Assembly (NCBI RefSeq): GCF_037042905.1
Contig: NC_087251.1
Span: 15,564,001 to 15,628,000 of the forward strand
Source: Lytechinus pictus
Lineage: Eukaryota
Direction of reading: 5' to 3'
Length of the DNA stretch: 64,000 bases
The position numbers and the translations under genes were made by a program. Positions 27,401 to 42,400 of this stretch are shown in pieces. Below the pieces are notes generated by a model. That model was not told the origin of the DNA and made no database searches. It saw only the letters and a program-made list of their open reading frames with translations. Within the stretch, counting starts at the first letter, position 1, and each line of letters opens with the position of its first letter.

Positions 27401-30400
27401 ATAAGATACGCTGAATGTAAGCAATAACAATCAACTTCTATAAATGTGGTCAAGGGTAATAAATACCTTGTATCTTCTAGTTTTTCAGCCTCCAGCTTGT
27501 GTCTTCTCTCTAGTTCCAATCTGAGGAGGAAAAAAAAATAAGCCTCAACCATAAATACACAAGAAGCTTTCATCAATATATTACACACTTCTAGTATGAG
27601 TTTTATATGGCAGAGCAGTAATGAGAGTGCAACAGTACGGTAGTAAATTATACAATCCTCACTGAAGTTACAGTACATCATAAGGCAAGTCTTAATACCC
27701 TCAGCGAATATTACTTCTGGGGTTTATGTTAAGAGATAGTATCATATACAGTGTTGGGTTAAATCACAAAGTGCATGTGTACAATCTATGTGAAATGTCA
27801 GAAGTTTTCTCAGATGGAAGATGGGGTGTACAATATTTTGATAAAAATATCTGAGAAGAAATTAAACGTATAGAGATTATTTTCATTTCATTTCAGGTTT
27901 CATTTATCTTTCAAAGGGCAGGAGTCTTTACAATTTTTTCAATCTGTATTGATCACGTGATAGTAAATCTACAGGACACGTCTCCCAGGAGGACAATTAC
28001 CATGGTAACAGAATATGTTTTTGAAGGAGTTGCTTTTTGTACAAGCTGGCTTCTGGAGTGACAAAAACTTGTAGGAAGTTTTCATACATGAGATGCATTC
28101 TACAAAAAATGTTTAACTGATCAAATGCTCAAGTGGGCAATTTAATCCATGTGAGTTTTCCTATTAGAATACACAGGTTCCATGATATTTGATCCGGCGA
28201 CAATGGCTCCAATGGATATTCTGCACCTTAAGCCAAACATAAAACCTAACCTCCAAAACTAAATAAACCCTAATCCTTATCTTTACATTATTCTGAATAA
28301 AAAACTATTACAATCCTACATGTAACTCTAACCCTATGCCCTCTGAGATATTAAGATCGGAGCAAATGTCGCAGGAGAATATGTTGTGTCACCGGTTCGA
28401 GGGTATGGTTCATATTTTTTTTCTGGCTGCTCCACACAATCTCCAAGATAAGTCATGTATTAATGATAAAATGACATAATTTGTACAAGTCAATGGCTTA
28501 ACCTCACTCTTGAGTAAATCTAGTAAAAATACCTTGAAATGCTCCTATGGACTACTTACCCAGGATTGAACATCATGATAGGTGAGATATCAGAGGATAG
28601 GTCACTGAAGGATGATCGCATAGGAGTCTTCTTGAGGTTACTGTCTGGTTCAGCGCTCCATGATCCATCCAAGCTCATCGATAGACTAATCCTTTTCCCA
28701 AACTCGGCAGAAAGTGCCTGCAACAGCATTAAATACATGTTTTAAAAAGTCAATAGTGATTGAAAGGATAAGTTCTCAAGTCAGATGAAGTTCCAGAAGA
28801 ATTTTGACATGTTTCAAAGGGCATTCATAATTGGATATGTGACTCTTTGTAACCATTGCTTGTTTCAAATATATTTTAAACTAAAGGTTACAAATGATAA
28901 CACAACCAATTGCGAAAGCCCCTTAGTGCGCATGAAGCCAAGATCCTTCTGTCCCATGGGCATATGAGCTGCGATCAAATGCAACACAACTTGATTTCCA
29001 ACCAATGAAAATAATGCACTTGGGACTTGTGTTTGATTTTTAAAGTTGTTTTTAAATGCAACTCTCTCTGCAATGCTCATGTAGACTTCAGAAGATGGCA
29101 TTTTAAATCCTTCTAGTGTCCTCTTTCATCAGAAACAAAGATCAATACTTTAATCCTTGAAAAGCCTTATCTACACAAAAAAAAGATCAATAAACTTTTA
29201 ATTCAACAAGACAGGAATATGTTGAAGCATATAACCAGTAGAATTATTCAAGTTCCTTATATTGAAAAAAGGAAGAGAAATTAAAATGATCTGCAAAAAT
29301 AAAAGTAAGAATATGAATAAGATGGAATGAAAATCCTACAACACATAAAATGATTATCACACATGAAAACTGATAGCATACAAGATACATGTATTAGCTG
29401 CCCTGAAAGAAATACTGTATTAGTACATACTGTATATACCAAAGATAGATTCCTGCCCAGAAAAAAGATATCAATTGGAGCACTCACAAAAACATTCAAT
29501 CAGAGATATGAATGATAGCTGGTAGAATGTAATGAGAAATGATATTGGCTTACGGCACAAGGAAAATGGTGAAGCAGCGCTGATGAAAAACACTTATTGC
29601 TTTTGATTTATTTCACAAAGATTGCTGTTGGGTATGAGGATCCGGGTAGCAGATTGATGAACAATGGCGTGCAAACAGAAGAACCATACATCATGATGGG
29701 GCTCTATAAAGCAATCTTCTTCTGAAAACCATTCATATGGCATGATCATGAGTTCGTTCCAAAAGGTGCTAAATCCATTTTTGTTGATCAAAGGGATTAC
29801 GTTGTTATTTTCACTACATATGGTTAAAGCTTCTGAAGAAAATGGATACTGCTAGGGATAAGAAGTTTTTGCAATTGCTCTCACAATGAGTTTTGTGACT
29901 GGTTCCAGCATGAACAATGTTATGAATTAAACAAAAATCAAATTTGAATTTGATGTTGTGAAAATCAAATTAACAATTTCTACACTAATCAAATAAATAT
30001 GAATTCTACCACTTCTTACTGCAATTGGCTGAATTTCACTTTAATTGTATGTTTTATTTTTTACGTAATGTTCTGCAAAACTCATGTCATTATCCTTACA
30101 TAGTAATGATATCCCCTAAAGGGCAATTCCATAGGTTGGTGGACATGAGCTCAATGTGTCTTTGTACATATAGCCCATCTGAACCGTAACGTGAGTAACC
30201 ACTTTATCTGCACCCTTAGTAAAAACCATGTGTTCTTTATTTTTTTAATTATATACAAATTTGTCTCCCTAATATACTTCTTTGAAATGGATATAATCAA
30301 CTTTCATAAAAGCCTTGCATGAGGACACTTTTCACTTATGTCCACTTTTCATTTTATGCATGTCCAAATCATGTAACATGAGTAACCGACACATTTCAAA

Positions 30401-33400
30401 GATTTGCCAGGAGCATAATGAAATTTCCCAAGTTTTGTTTTTATACAAAGGATAGTCAGACTGCGTACTATGTTGTGATAAAGAGATGTTTAGTTCCTAT
30501 CAATAAAAATGGAGTTACAGCTCCAAGTATGAGTCAAGGTGTCTCCAAATGTAACGTGAGTAACCGTGGAATAGCCCTAAAGATATTAAACAATCACATT
30601 ACCTGATTAACAAGTACAAGTGCCTTAATGTGTAGACTAACATATATGATCTTCATAAAATACTTATATGATTATCTAAGATGTCACTAAGATGCCCCAA
30701 CCCAAACTGAAAGTAGACAAGAAAAAATCAAAAGTGCAATATTGGCAGCTGTGCTAAACCAAGTGTAATAGTATGCAATGCATAAAAACATTTGCAAATT
30801 GCTATATAAATGATGCATATTACCATTGTTATTATTCAGGTTTTCTCTAACTGTATATGATCACATTTGACTAAATGTACAATTCTAAAATGTACAGCTT
30901 GCATCAAGAGTCAAATGCTAACATTGATTTATGCCTTATCCTTACCCTTTAGAACTCGTACCTTTTCTAGGTAGCCTGGATGGTATTTCAAAGGCTCCTC
31001 CTGATCAGCACACTAACAACAAAGTACAGTGTTACCATGGGAACTAATTAATATCTTCAGAAGCATTGCAAACCAACCAGTACAATCTCGCTCTAACGGC
31101 TGCGCGTCAAGTAGCAAGTGTGAGACTGAACTATGCAAAATGGCTTTCTGTCTTTTATCATCAAACCCAGTTCCAACCAATACAATATATCACATGACCT
31201 TACCATACAATGTCATTGTTGATTGATATACCTCCCGCTTGCATACACCCATTGTTATTGTCTTATTATAAGAAAGATGTGAATGAATTTGATCTCCCAA
31301 TATAATCTCCGCTGGATGACTATAATTTTATTTTTGTCTGTAAATTAGTCAATACATATTGTGGTGTTTGGTGTGGTACAAAGTGTTAAACAGGAATGAA
31401 TTTGAATGAATTTAATCACAAATACCACCTAGGTACAACAAGAACTTAGTCTGGATAATAAGTACAAAATTAAAACATTTTAGAAAATTTGATGGCACAG
31501 GGAAAATATTAATGGACAAACATTAAAAACAAACAATAATTGTGAGAGTTAGAAAATAGTCCAAAATATGGAACAAAACGATAAGAGCTATGATTAAACA
31601 AAATATTCTAGCAAGAGAACTAACAATTTCAACATGAGTCCACAAAACACTGTTGATATCAGAAAATATCATGAACATTAAAGTTATTTCTTTGCAAGAA
31701 AAACAGATTCAAAGCAGATAATTAAAGGAAATTAAACAATTTCTATCAAGATTGTGAGTTTAAAATGACTATATAATGGCTGTCGAACATGTATGTCTTA
31801 ATTACCGTAAAAAATAAGTTAAAATGAAACTAGAATTTCTTTACAATTCCTAGGATAATTTTGAACACCCTCTTTAACTAGTTTGATTACTAATTTAAAA
31901 AAAGACACATTGACACTAGAAATAGATACATATATCCACACTCACTGTATCAATTTATGCAATTTTACATTATGAAAAAAGTATATGAATTTATGATATA
32001 AATCTTATTGACAAAAATTCGCACCCTTCCCTAACAAAAAAAAATCCTCAGCAGAACACAGAGACTAAAGATAAGACTGCTTAAGATCAATTTTAACAGT
32101 TGGTAAATTCCTGAGAAAAATGATTATTTCTATAAAAAAATACTAACTGAGACACATAACAATTATGAAATACAATATTCACTGTTAAGCACACCATGAA
32201 AATACATTTGAGTTCTAATAAGAGAAGAGTTTAGAAGGAACACAATGGTAATCAATACTAGAAACGACACAGAGATTTAAACCACAAGAGCTTTTAAAGA
32301 AATTCTAATGGTTGATGGTTAGCTAAAATTGATGATTTTGTAATGAATATGATCTTTTTTACTTACATCCCCTGAGTTAGGTACATGAAGTGTGACGCTT
32401 TTCTGGGTGTGTGAAAGTGCGAATGGAAGCACAAAAAACAATCAGCATACAGGCAAATCAAATGCTACACTTGTACATGTAATAAATATACGCTGCCTTT
32501 TCTTTTTCTTTTCTTTTGCCATCACAGCACTCAATTTGAGTAACCTTTAGCTTATCTAGTCTTTACTTCAGTCCACAAGATTTGCTGCTTGAACAAATAG
32601 CTGAACCAATCAAGTATGTTAACAACATTTTCTGCAGCTTTAGATTCCTACTACTTCCCTGAAGTTCATATGAAATATTGCACTTTAAATTCCTGCTTAT
32701 TTCATAGCTTTAATGGGTTCTTATAAAAAATTGCAATATATAATTGAATAAAAATGTTAAGTGATAATGATGAACCTGTTTTGCTGAAGTGAGGCTAGTT
32801 TTGTATGCATACTTGGCTTGGTGTAGTAGATATGGTGATATAATGAAATTTGTGCTGTGCAAAGCCAATGTTACCAAGTAAATATAATGGGCAAATAATC
32901 AATTAAACAAACACGGACAAACTAGGTGCCTAACCCTCTCATCTCTCTTGCCCCCCCTTTCTCTCTCTCTCTCTCTTATGATATATTTATTTATTATAAA
33001 TTTATGCCCTATGTATATATAACCAAGAACTAGTAGGTAAAAACCTATACTGCTTTCTGATATAAAATTGTATAAAATACATTGATGAAACATATCTGCT
33101 AATTATCAATAATGCATTGAAATAAATTCCCAAATGACTCCAATGCTTTCAATATACATGTATAATTACCTATAGAAATACACCAAATACAATTCATATA
33201 AGAAGTTTAGGTCCATAAATGTATTTTGTCCAAGATAATAGGACTTGACTTTCAGACAAAACCTGAATAATTATTGAAAATATATCATAAAACTTACATA
33301 TTGGGGAAACAATAACATCAATAAAAATTACAAAATTAAATATAACAAACAAAACATAATTTTGGTATTTAAAATGAATGAGATGCACATACAGATGAGG

Positions 33401-36400
33401 CAAATGAATTATATCAACATAATACAAGAAAAGTTAAATTGATTCACAGATAAATTAGACAGTGGATGAGGAAGAAAAAGATAGTAAAGGAGAGAGAGAG
33501 AGAGAGAGAGAAAGGGGTGGGGCGTGAAAGACTGAGAGGAGGGGAGCATTGGTGGGACTGGAAAATACCGGTATTACTTATAGAGAAAGGGTGGAGGCAT
33601 GAAAGAGAATAAATATATGGATAATATACAGAGAGAAAGGGAGAGAGGAGGAGGGAGAGAAGAGGATACATGAGAAATTGAGGAAAGAAAGAGTGAATGA
33701 GACCAATAAGTCTTCCTAACCCTTCTTGCAGGGAAAAAAATTACACAGCGGCTGGGGGTGATTTAGTCCCCCCCCCCCCCCAAATGCTCAAAACAGAATT
33801 GGAAACTAACAAAAAAGCTGTAGAAAATCCCCATTTGTTGCAATGTTAAAGTTTATCCAGTGTTGCAGATTCAGGTAGTGAGATGTGAAAAGTAGCCCCT
33901 AAAATAATAAATTAATTTTGGCCTGCCTTCTTGATATAGAAAGAGAACAGGAAAAGGGGAGGGAGAGACAAGAGAGAAAGCAGGTAAGATGGAGATTCCA
34001 CAATAAACTCCATACAATCGTGCAGAATAGAAAGAGAAGAAATATCACTATCATGATGGGGGATGTCAACACCAATTAGAAAGGTACCGGGCATGAAAAA
34101 AGTTGGAAACTGAAACTGAAAAAAAAATGAATGATGTACATACAGTGAAAATATGAAAATGAAAGAATAATACCAAATGATGAAGCACTGAAGCAGATCA
34201 CACAAAAATACAATTCAATGTGCAATAAAAAAATAATAATAATGGGCAACCTCAGACCAGACACACACAAAAAAAACTAAAGGTAAAGGAACTCATGCAC
34301 TTACTCTTCTCAATCCACGACCGGGTATATTGGACTAATGTTCAGTTTGGTAGAGGGAAAAGGGATGAGAATGCACACAAGCAGATGCTGGTTAGTTGCA
34401 GGTAATACATGCAGGTCTCCAAATCAGTCATACATTCGGCAAGCATATGAATCACAATATGTTTATCTCTAATATCCCCTACAGAATATATTATGCATAT
34501 TAATGTAGAACTTTAACCGGAACATTGCAGTCCATGTATACCAATCCTTCTTATGGAACAACCTGAATAAAGATTTGAAACACGTTTTCTGATCGCTCAT
34601 GGTGTAAAAACTGCACCATTCTTTTCTGGTACGCATTTGATTGATGCTATTCATTAACCCCATTTTACAATCCCTAGAATGCAATAACGTAGCAGAGGCA
34701 ACGTAAATACAGAACCTCTCAAATTGATGAGAAATCCATTCTTTTGTCTGCAAACTAATTGCATCTCATTCTATTCAGGGAGCAAGCTTTTAAATGTACC
34801 TGTAATGAAGTTGCCATGGCAACAGGGCTTCTCAGTGTGAATACCACTTACACGACATTTAAAAAAGTTCAAACATTATGTTTTTCTTTTACAAAGATTG
34901 CCTATAATATTCCAAAAAGGCAAAGATGATTAGATGATCAATTCTTCCATGATCTTTTTACACAACATTTTGATTATGAAAAAATCAGGATTTATGGATT
35001 CATGTCTCTTTTTTTTAGGAAATGAAGATGAAACTGATATGATTTGAATTAGACTTATATTTTTAGGGAGTCTAGACTTTAACATCATCTGATCATTCTT
35101 ATCAAGAATGAAATAAGCATGCAAATCTGTAAATACTAGAAATATTAATACCCATCACATTAATCTTTTCATAATCCAATGAAATCCTTTTCACACTCCT
35201 ATATTGCATTTTATAATTTGTTTTTGAATTAACAACTGCAAAATAACTTTATGATTTCGGGTTCACCAATACAATAATCTAAAATGTAGTTTATGAACAC
35301 ATTATTTATAATTCATGATTCAAATAAGTGTTTACAAATATTCCACCGTGTATCCAGAGTCTTCCAGACACGTACTGTGTAGTTAACATTGCTAAACACA
35401 TTTATCCATTGCTTGGACAAGTAAATCATTGAGCAAGTAAAATCTGTGAAGATACGCCAACATATAAATTTGGACAAAAATCCCCCAAAGACCTATCCCC
35501 TACCAAAAAAAGAATGCTCTTTCATTCAATATTTTGCACCATTCTGTGGGTGACTACATGTGTAAATATCAGAGCTCCCTTATTCCATAATTCAGTAATC
35601 AGTCAGGCCTCACGCACCAACACCCACAAACCCTGTCAACTCCAACTCCAAGCAAATATTAGCTTTGGGTTACCATGCCAACACCAATGTGGAGGTAAAC
35701 AAGGCACCTTAATTTATTTCCCATGTTTTCCTCTCTATCTCACTTCTCTCCTTTTCTCTACAACTGTACAAGTTAGGTCCATTTGAGAATAAAAGGAAAA
35801 TAATAATTCTTCATTCTGTTAGGAATAATAACATACATGCATACATGCACAAACTTAATAAAGGTGATTTATTCAGATATGGGTATTTTCCTCCAATATT
35901 TCTTGGCTCACATCAAGCAGTGAACTTTAAATCATTGAATTTGATTCAATCGATTCATTCATGGGTGTCGACCCATGCAATGGATATTTAATCATTTAAT
36001 CTGTCGCGTGGCACTCAGGAGGTGGGGCAAGCTTAGTTTTCAAGACCACACACATACATTTTGTATTGTATTAGCTTGCTGCCTCAAAGCATGTCCCCAT
36101 GTCGAGTAAATCCATTTCTAGCAATAAATCAAATATTTTATAGATAGGAATTGGGGGAAAACAGTCAATATGTGTTTTTTTTCTTGATGCTACAAATCCT
36201 CTTTAGATTTCATGAAATTGAAAAAAAAAGAGTAAAACATATTCCACTTGGCCCTGTGTAATGACACAAGTTGTATTCAAAACATGCTATTTTTATTCTA
36301 TGATATCCAGTAGCCTATAACAGCTCCTTTTTTTCAATATAATATGCTTTAATTTATAAGATAAAACCTAAGGAAATAGAATATTACCAAATTTCAAAAG

Positions 36401-39400
36401 TTCTCAGCATAGTCATCAAAGTGATCTAACAGAACACTCTCTCTCAATTAAACGATATCATCCATATGATTCATATTCAACCCACTGACAAAATTCATTC
36501 CCTTGATTAAAAAATCTGAATATGATTAAGTTAATTTGGGGCTTGTTTTTACCGATACTAATGACAACTTTGTATTGTTATTCATTAAAAGAAAATTACC
36601 GGAACATGGCTATACCCTTAATTGCATTGTTCAGGTATTGTGTACAAACCTATGGGAAATACAGATTTCATAAATTGTTCTAAAACTCTGCTAATTTCAC
36701 ATTCTGAGAAAATCAAAAGATATACTTTCTCAATTAAAACTGACCATAAATAAATTCTGGAACACATATCTTAAAATCAAATTATATAAGAAGTCAAAAA
36801 TAAACATTAAAATTGTAAAAAGATAATTATGGAAATACAAGGTTTTGCAAATCATTTGGCATCAAAACACCTAATCTTAAGGAAACACCTAAAATATAAA
36901 TGCATCTTATTCACAAAATTCAATAAATGAAAATAAATACAGAGTAACATCCTTATAATATGTTTTATATATATCTCAACACCGCAGTACTCAGACCTTT
37001 CTCAGTAGAAATCTGAAGGTGGAGTTGTTCAAATTTGAACGGTTGAACCCCTTTTCCTAGTTGAAGCTTGGTTTGAGAAAGCCCACTTAAAATATGAATA
37101 TTAAATAAAAATTTCAGTACATACAAAGCCAGTTAATTTTCATGTTATAAATCTGTCTCCTAGCTGCTCCATACAAAGCATTGATTTAAAAGCAAAAGAA
37201 ATATGTCTGCAACGAATGATGAAATTTATGACAAATAGAATACATCACACGGTGAGGCAAACTAGATTACATATACACTCATTTTATGTTACATGAAATA
37301 CACCTTTTAAAATGTGATTATCAGCTGTGAATACTTTGATATATAGAAACTGCAAATCTAAAAAAAGCTATGAATATCATATCCAGACCATTCTATGCTT
37401 GGAAAGTGGTTTTACACTCGACTTCTGCTTACAGGATATTGAAATGGAAACAAACATATATGGATGATGACCTTAGGCAAAACTCTGTAAGGGAATTACT
37501 GAAGTTAGTTCAAGATGGTGTAACCTGCAGACAAGATTGGTTGAATTGAAGGCTAGTAGACTGAACCAGCTTAATATAGAAAGGATCCATTCCCCTGACT
37601 GGTTCATTTGTTCAGAACGAGCCTTTACATCTAGCATGTCTGGATGGTGTTTCACTATCACACACAATTGAAGCCTATAACACACAGCTTAGCAATCATC
37701 GTAGAACATTTTTAGATGAATGATTGCATTGACTACCACATACAATTAATCATGAGAATCACGCATACAATTAATCGCTAACCTTTGTGTTACGGGACCC
37801 AGAACTAGCTCACTTTCCATTTAGCATTTCTGGGTGGTGTTTCATGGAGCTGTTTCTGGGGTGTGTTTCATAAAGATTTAAGTATGACTTAGGTCGCACT
37901 TAAATGCCGATGCGTACATGAGGCCTTTCTTCTTGGGCGAAGGCAACCTGTTTATGTTAATGGTCAGGAGTCGAACTGGTGTGAAGTCTCAAGTGGTATT
38001 CCTCAGGGTAGTGTGCTCGGTCCCTGTCTGTTCTTGGCATACATTAATGATCTTCCCAATACAGTGCAATCAAATATCAAGCTTTTTGCGGATGATACAA
38101 AGCTTTATGCCCGCTCGGATCTACCTGGGTCTTGTCAGCAACTTCAGAATGACCTGTCACTGTTAGAAAGCTGGGCTGAGAAATGGCAACTTCGCTTCCA
38201 CCCAGACAAGTGTACTGTTCTGAAAGTTGGTCGTATGAAGTCTGCATTTGAATATCATATGGGCAAAGAAGATGATTCTGTACTTCTTAGTGAAAGTCAG
38301 GTAGAAATGGACTTGGGTGTACTAGTTGATGCACAACTCACCTTCAAAGACCATATCTCACAAGCTGTCTCTAAATCAAATAAATTGCTGGGCTTAAGGA
38401 GGTCTTTTGTAAATTTGGATGAAGATACAGTGAAGCTTGTGTTAAAGGGTCTAATAAGACCGTTATTAGAGTATGGCCATTCAGTTTGGTCACCTTTTAG
38501 AATAGGTGATCAGAAACGGCTAGAGAGTGTGCAGCGAAGAGATACCAAGCTAATCCCTGGACTGAGGAACTTGTCCTATTCAGAGCAACTGCAACAGCTG
38601 AAACTACCATCTCTTCTACATAGACGTAGAAGAGGAGATATGATAGATGTTTATAAGTTTATGCATGGTATCAATGACACTAGCATAGATATGCTTGTAC
38701 GAAGTAAGGAAGGGAGGACTAGAGGCCATTCCAAGAAACTTGAGAAGCAGTATGCAAGCCTTGATGTTAGGAAGTTCTTCTTTTCAAATCGAGTTATTAG
38801 TTCTTGGAACAGTCTACCAGAAAATGTGGTTTCAGCACCTTCTGTAAATTCCTTTAAGAATCGGCTTGATAATCATTGGAAGGATATCGCTTTTGTTTAC
38901 GACTTTGAGTAATGGACTTTATATCTTGCCACATGCTACTACTTGCCACATACAACTAATTGAAACTGATAGTGTGGAGCATAATGCATATTCCCTTGGA
39001 TCGATGAACAGGCATAGTCCTACAAGCATCGTTGGATAAAAGTAAAAGTAAGTAAACGATGATATGGAACACGTAATCTTATTGATCAATACGCAGTAGT
39101 GTGTGTCCTCTGACCAATACTGCCATGCCTTTTATACAGTGCGCAACTAGACATTTAAGTGCAACTCTAAGTCATACTTAAATCTTTATGAAACACCCCC
39201 AGGTGACACTGTTTTGCGCTAAATAACATACAGATACCCAAAATTTTCTGCATTTCTTAGGACCCTTCTCATTATACTGTATTTTCCATTAAGATCAATG
39301 AAATTCAAATCAACCAAGAGCAGATTTGAACGCTAGCTGACGGAAATAACAAAGATAGGGGTCAAAGAAAGGGTCCCCAGTCATGCTTAAAGTTGTGTGT

Positions 39401-42400
39401 AACATCCACACAGCTTTATGGAATAGCACTACAGGTCTGGCAGGTTTCATTATGTTGCACTACCTCTAAAAAATGTCAAGGAACTTACAGCTCTTCTTTC
39501 CCTGAGTTTGACTGCTTCTGCAGGATGGTTGAAGCGGAACATGTTGGTACTCCCAAGGAGGATTACAGCACCTGGTCAAAAGAATAACAATTCATAATTG
39601 ATAATACATTCATAAAGTGCAGAAAACTATCAAACAATAAGTATATAATCTTTGTCACTACAAATGCTTCTAAGGGTGTGTTTATGCTTTCATTGCGAGG
39701 ACATAATCAGCGTTTTCAAATGTTGTTTCAAAACGCCGATCGTAAACGTGGTTCTGGGAGTGCTGTTAATGCTTAACTTTTCAGAGGCGAAATCACGAAC
39801 TCCAGCTGGCTTCGCATCGTAATTTTCGTTGAGCAGGAAAGCGAGGTCAAATTGGGCGCGCCCTTTTTCGAAAGTTTTTTTTTTCCGAGTGTTATGGGGA
39901 AGGTACGTCGACTGTTATTTAAACATCGAACAATTTCCGATATAAAAAATAAAGAATATTAAAGTATACCTAATAAAATAATAAAACATGTATTTGTTTA
40001 TGGTATTGGGGCATCTGGCGATGTCTCCTCATTATAACTCATGTTCAAGGTTTTTTTTTGGTAAATCCCTCAATATTCATCGTGATGACAAATTGGAGGA
40101 GTAATACTAGTGATAGTACTTAAATCAATTATCACACATGCAAATGTAACAAGGGAGATGAGAAGTAATTCCGTGGAGGTAACATGCGACTATGGAGCAT
40201 GTACCAAATGACGTCATTTAAACACATTCACGATCGTGGTTCTGTTTATACTTCCCCAGAAAGCCAGATTCTGGTCAAACGATGTTTACAAACGCACCTT
40301 TTTGTGAGTTAACGATCGGCGTTTTGAAACGTCGTTTAAATGAAAGTAAGCATGGACGTAACCGTGTTTTGGACTAATCACGTATGGAAACGCTGATTCT
40401 GGCCTGAAAAGTGGAAGCATAAACATGGCCTAATATGATTGTAATAATCGAATTGTGTCATCCACTCAGTTATTAATGGAAAATCTTACAGAGTATATTG
40501 GATATTATAAATGTAATAATTTGCATCCTTAAGAACAAGAGTTATATAGCCTTTCTGGCTACAAGGAAGAGTAAATTGCCAATTCGTCAACTGCCAACTC
40601 GTCCACTCACCACATGGTCTACTTTCATTTAGTCTAATGCCACTCCTTCCATCAACATTTCGTCTAACAACCATTTGGTCCAATAACCATTTGGTCCAAT
40701 CATCACTTCGTCTAATCACTATTTCGTCTATGACCATTTCGACTCATAACCAGTTGGTCTAATATCCATTTTGTTTTCATTATTTTGCACAATTAACACT
40801 TAGTCCAATTAGACCAAATGGTATATGGACTAAATGGCTATTGGACCAACTGGTTATTAGACGAAATGGTGATTGGATGAATTGGCAATTAGACCTTGTA
40901 GATAATGGACCAACTGATGGTAGACCAAATGATAGCAGACGAGTTGGTAATTGGACGAATTGGCATTAGATGAATTGGAAGTAAATCCAAGGAAATGGGA
41001 TATTTACTCCGCAGGGATAGTTGAAAGAAAAACCTGTATTGGTACTATCAAAGGATCAGCATAAATGGAAATATATGGAATACACATTGTTACTTCTGCA
41101 TTCAACAAGATCTACCCACTTTGCCTCAAATTTAGATATATCCCTTCGTTCACTTTTCATGCACATAATATTTTAACTGACTCTGTGCAAGTTCTACCAG
41201 TATGAAACAATAATCTCTTTACAGCCAACATTCTCACGATATCTACTGTACTCGAAGCCTATCTTGTGTGAGTTCTAACAGTCTGTGGACATTGGTCTCA
41301 TTACAGCTAACTTTCTCACAATATCTATTGCACTAAAAGCCCATCTTGTCTGAGTTCTATCACTCTGTGGACATTGGCAGGGGTCGCGGAACGGTTTTGA
41401 AAGTGGGGGAGGGGACTGACCATGCAAAAAAATCACATTCAGACGGTCATTTTTACATTTTTACATTTTTGTACACGGTTTTTCGAAAAAAAAGTCTGGA
41501 GAGGGCTGAAACCGTCCCCCGATACCTACTGTTCAATACCTACTTCACTCAAAGCTTATCTTGTGTGAGTTTTACCACTCAACATTCAGATTACTGAATG
41601 CACACTTTGTTGCAATACCCACTATACTATATGCATACCCTGCATGAGTTATATCAGTCTGTGGACATTTGATCCCTCTGACCAACATTTTGTCACAATA
41701 AACACTATCTTAGCCTAACTTGTGTGAGTTCTACCAGTCTGTGGCCCCATTTACAGCCAACTTTCTCACAATAACTACTGTACTCAAAGCATATATTGTG
41801 TGAGTTCTACCAGTCTGTGACATTGAGTTAGCTGAAAGCACATTAACAACTATACTTTGAGTCTACATTGCATGAGTCTGTGGACATTAATCAATTTGAC
41901 CATAACACTTTAATGCAATACACACTATACTCCAAGCTTACCTTGTGTGAGTTCTACTGGTTTGTGGACATTGATCCCATTGACAGCACACTTTGAGTTC
42001 CTGAGTGGTGTGAGTACAACATGGCCGTCTATATTGATGATGACTGCATGTTCATCCTCTACATCTGGGCCATATAATACTGAAACAAAGAAAAAAAGAA
42101 CAAAAATATAATATTTGGGCCATTTCAAGAGGCTGTTTGTTACATTACAAATGACTTTACGAATGGCTTGATTATGAAATGTCAAAATATTAAACCATGG
42201 TTTTCCCTGTTTAAATTATGAGTACTCTTTGAATAACCTAATTTCAAAGGTGATAAACATTTAAGTTTCTACTCAAATACTAAATATCAATATTAAATAA
42301 CCTTAAGATACATGTATGTCAACTTTTAAGGAAAAACCTTTTCAAATTTAACCCACTTGAAGCTCACAGTAATCCAAGAGTATACTATACAGCCCATGTA

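Noticed and set aside
30946..31012. Internal coding exon using the gtaagg donor at 30945
   Set aside because: It ends in phase 1 while the next exon needs phase 0; only viable with the weaker donor at 30961 or as a first exon
33444..34270. Hydrophobic minus-strand ORFs (also 3406-3840)
   Set aside because: Low-complexity GA/AT-rich intron sequence with no splice or homology support
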